Assembly (NCBI GenBank): GCA_035316905.1 | Contig: DATHIE010000043.1 | Location: 1-56,996 of the forward strand | Length of the DNA stretch: 56,996 nt | Reading direction: 5' to 3' | DNA from: Chryseolinea sp. | GTDB lineage: Bacteria > Bacteroidota > Bacteroidia > Cytophagales > Cyclobacteriaceae | In this document: one piece after another, positions 54,544 to 56,996 of the stretch | Numbering within the stretch: the first letter of the stretch is position 1 | Layout of the letters: every line of letters begins with the position of its first letter | Made by a program: the position numbers and the translations under genes | Notes under the pieces: generated by a model | Told to the model about the DNA's origin: nothing | The model's database searches: none | Seen by the model: the letters and a program-made list of their open reading frames with translations, nothing else

Positions 54544-56996
54544 ATGATGCATTATTTAGTTGGTGACCTGGGTCACCTTTTTATTATTACGTCTTTCATA
54601 ACGGCGTTTGTCACAGCCCTCTCCTATTTCAAGGCGGTAACGGTTGCCTCATTGGATAAGAAAGCATTGTGGCTTCAGAACGGCAAGGTTAGCTTTTATA
54701 TTCACACAGCGGCAGTACTAGGCATCTGCGTTACATTGTTCGTGATCATTTCAAATCATTACTTTGAATATCACTATGCGTATAACTACTCCGATAGAAA
54801 GCTTCCCGTTTACTACCTCATCTCTACCTTTTGGAATGGGCAGGAAGGAAGCTTTATGTTATGGATGTTCTGGCATACAATCTTGGGAATTATTATCATC
54901 CACACGAACAAATTCTGGGAAGCACCGGTAATGACCATCTTCGCGCTGGTTCAGGCGTTCCTTGCTTCCATGATACTGGGTGTGGTGATACCGGGCTTAA
55001 ATATTAAGATCGGAAGCTCACCGTTTATACTCTTGAGAGATGCGATGCAAGACGCTCCAATCTTTGCGGCCCAGCCTGAATTTGTTCCAAAGGATGGCAA
55101 CGGATTAAATCCCTTGCTACAGAATTATTGGATGGTCATACATCCGCCCACATTATTCCTTGGATTTGCATCCACTTTGGTTCCTTTTTCTTTTTGTATA
55201 GCCGGCCTTTGGCTAAAGAAGTATCGGGATTGGGTAAGGCCCGCACTTCCATGGGCTTTGTTCAGCGGAGCTATTCTTGGACTTGGTATCCTGATGGGCG
55301 GATACTGGGCGTATGAGACGCTAAACTTTGGAGGGTATTGGAATTGGGATCCCGTCGAGAATGCAGTGTACGTACCATGGTTGATCCTTATCGCTTCCAT
55401 TCACACAATGATCACATACAAGAATAGTGAGACTGCTCTCAAAGCATCCATTGTACTCGTGATCGCTGTGTTTGTCCTCATCCTTTATTCAACATTCCTG
55501 ACCCGAAGTGGCGTATTAGGTGATGCATCAGTACATTCCTTCACGGATCTCGGCCTCTCAGGTCAACTTCTTGTCTATTTGTTTTTCTTTACGGCGGTTG
55601 CGGTCGTGTTGTCGATCTTTCGGTGGAAAGAAATTCCGACGTCAGAAAAAGAAGCTTCCGTCTATTCAAGGGAATTCTGGATTTTTATCGGCGCATTAAC
55701 ACTTAGCCTTATGAGCTTCCAGGTGTTAATACCCACCTCCATTCCAGTGTGGAATAAGATTGTGTCTTTGTTCGGTGGCACATCAAACATGGCTCCACCG
55801 GCCGAACAGATCACCTTCTATTCAAATTTTCAACTTTGGTTCGCGGTTATTGTTGGACTGCTTTCAGGAGTGGGCCAGTTCTTCTGGTGGAAAAAAATTG
55901 ACAAAGCACAGCTGATAAAAGAGCTAACTACTCCCGCACTTATTTCCCTCGTGTTATTTGCTCTGATCATTACTGTAGGGCAGGTTTACACGATCGAATA
56001 CATCGTGCTCACTTTTGCCGGCGTATTTACCTTTGTAGCTAATCTCAGGATTTTATCGACAGTAGTTAAGACAAGCCCTGGTCTCTCGGGTGGAGCTGTT
56101 GCACACATTGGCATAGGGTTAATGCTGATCGGAATAATGTTTTCGTCAGGTTATTCGAAGGTGGTTTCTCTTAACAACACGGGTATGCTCATCTCTAATG
56201 AATTCAGTAAGGAGTTCAACAGGGACAACCTTCTCCTATTCGTTAACGAACCGCGGACAATGTGGGGTTATGATATCGAGTATTTGGGTGAGCGCCTCGA
56301 ACCGCGTTTTCACGGTGGGTATGTACGCAAGAGTGACGTAGCACCAACAGCCGATCGTGATGCCGTGATCGCCAAGACTGCGATGAATATCAACGGGACG
56401 ACCTACAATCCGAAGGACACTATTGAGATCCGTGGTGAAAATACATTCTACGAGATTCAACTTCGTCGCGGACAAAAGAAATACACGTTATTTCCACGTG
56501 CGCAGATAAACCCGGAAATGGGCGGACTCCTGGTTTCGCCGGACATTTACAGAACCGTTTCTGCGGATCTCTATACCCACGTATCATCCGTTATGAAACC
56601 CTCAGAGGAAGAAGAGTGGAGTAAGCTAGAAGAAATTAAGGTCAAGCTGGGCCAGGAATTTTTTGCAAACGACTATGTTTCAACGCTCGAAACCGTGGAT
56701 CGGGTTTTTGAGATTGAGGGGGTTGTTTTGTCTAGCGAGGATGTGGCCGTGAAAGCAACGGTACGCATACAGGGCGAACGAGGTGAATATATTTCGGAGC
56801 CGCTGTTTGTCATCAAAGACAAGATGGTGGGTCGCATTCCCGACGAGATCAAGGACCTTGGTTTGAGGATCACGCTAATGAACATCCATCCTGAAACAAG
56901 CGAATTCACAATCGGGCTAAACACTCGACAAAAAGATTGGGTGGTTATAAAAGCACTGGAAAAGCCCTACATTAACCTTCTCTGGATTGGTACACT
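54544..56996 (+). CDS. ccmF: Cytochrome c heme lyase CcmF (partial, runs off the window end; absent from the ORF track)
   Basis: In-frame WNGQEGSF.LW, GLNPLLQNYWMVIHPP, GGYWAYETLNFGGYWNWDPVEN, FLTRSG...SVHSF. Confidence 0.93.
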   Translation, partial: MMHYLVGDLGHLFIITSFITAFVTALSYFKAVTVASLDKKALWLQNGKVSFYIHTAAVLGICVTLFVIISNHYFEYHYAYNYSDRKLPVYYLISTFWNGQEGSFMLWMFWHTILGIIIIHTNKFWEAPVMTIFALVQAFLASMILGVVIPGLNIKIGSSPFILLRDAMQDAPIFAAQPEFVPKDGNGLNPLLQNYWMVIHPPTLFLGFASTLVPFSFCIAGLWLKKYRDWVRPALPWALFSGAILGLGILMGGYWAYETLNFGGYWNWDPVENAVYVPWLILIASIHTMITYKNSETALKASIVLVIAVFVLILYSTFLTRSGVLGDASVHSFTDLGLSGQLLVYLFFFTAVAVVLSIFRWKEIPTSEKEASVYSREFWIFIGALTLSLMSFQVLIPTSIPVWNKIVSLFGGTSNMAPPAEQITFYSNFQLWFAVIVGLLSGVGQFFWWKKIDKAQLIKELTTPALISLVLFALIITVGQVYTIEYIVLTFAGVFTFVANLRILSTVVKTSPGLSGGAVAHIGIGLMLIGIMFSSGYSKVVSLNNTGMLISNEFSKEFNRDNLLLFVNEPRTMWGYDIEYLGERLEPRFHGGYVRKSDVAPTADRDAVIAKTAMNINGTTYNPKDTIEIRGENTFYEIQLRRGQKKYTLFPRAQINPEMGGLLVSPDIYRTVSADLYTHVSSVMKPSEEEEWSKLEEIKVKLGQEFFANDYVSTLETVDRVFEIEGVVLSSEDVAVKATVRIQGERGEYISEPLFVIKDKMVGRIPDEIKDLGLRITLMNIHPETSEFTIGLNTRQKDWVVIKALEKPYINLLWIGT

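Overview
This is a chromosomal window from a Bacteroidota genome. The evidence is TAnnTTTG promoter motifs, alpha2-type GlyRS, IleRS2 and a Bacteroidota-style ccm locus; Cytophagales-like is my inference. 1-21.7 kb is mostly housekeeping: glyS, an MtfA-like peptidase, dgt, an MMPL transporter, ileS-lspA, an APC permease, an OmpR-family two-component pair divergent from a DUF1573 gene, ppc, and pheS-hbd-Rieske-like lipoprotein. This stretch is interrupted by a frameshifted DUF559 endonuclease embedded in REP-like palindromes. 21.8-52.3 kb is a large surface-polysaccharide locus. Its minus-strand backbone (epimerases, WbpO/B/D/E-type 2,3-diacetamido-uronate pathway, HisH/HisF/amidotransferase trio, GTs, Wzy, WaaL, WecA) is split by an oppositely oriented ~11.4 kb legionaminic-acid block. 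That block lacks a LegH acetyltransferase but carries a CE4-like hypothetical, a SAM methyltransferase, a nonulosonate-transferase-like GT and Wzx. A decayed, inverted wbpB fragment marks its left junction. 52.3-57 kb is ccmB-C-D-E-F (ccmF is truncated by the window edge). Several families of very small repeat elements are visible: facing heptamer arrays, CAC(G/A)AAG tandem units, and 17-18 bp CCCGA..TCGGG palindromes, one of which appears inserted in-frame in a signal peptide. No rRNA, tRNA, CRISPR array, prophage or intact transposase was seen. All calls come from motif recognition by eye, without database searches.
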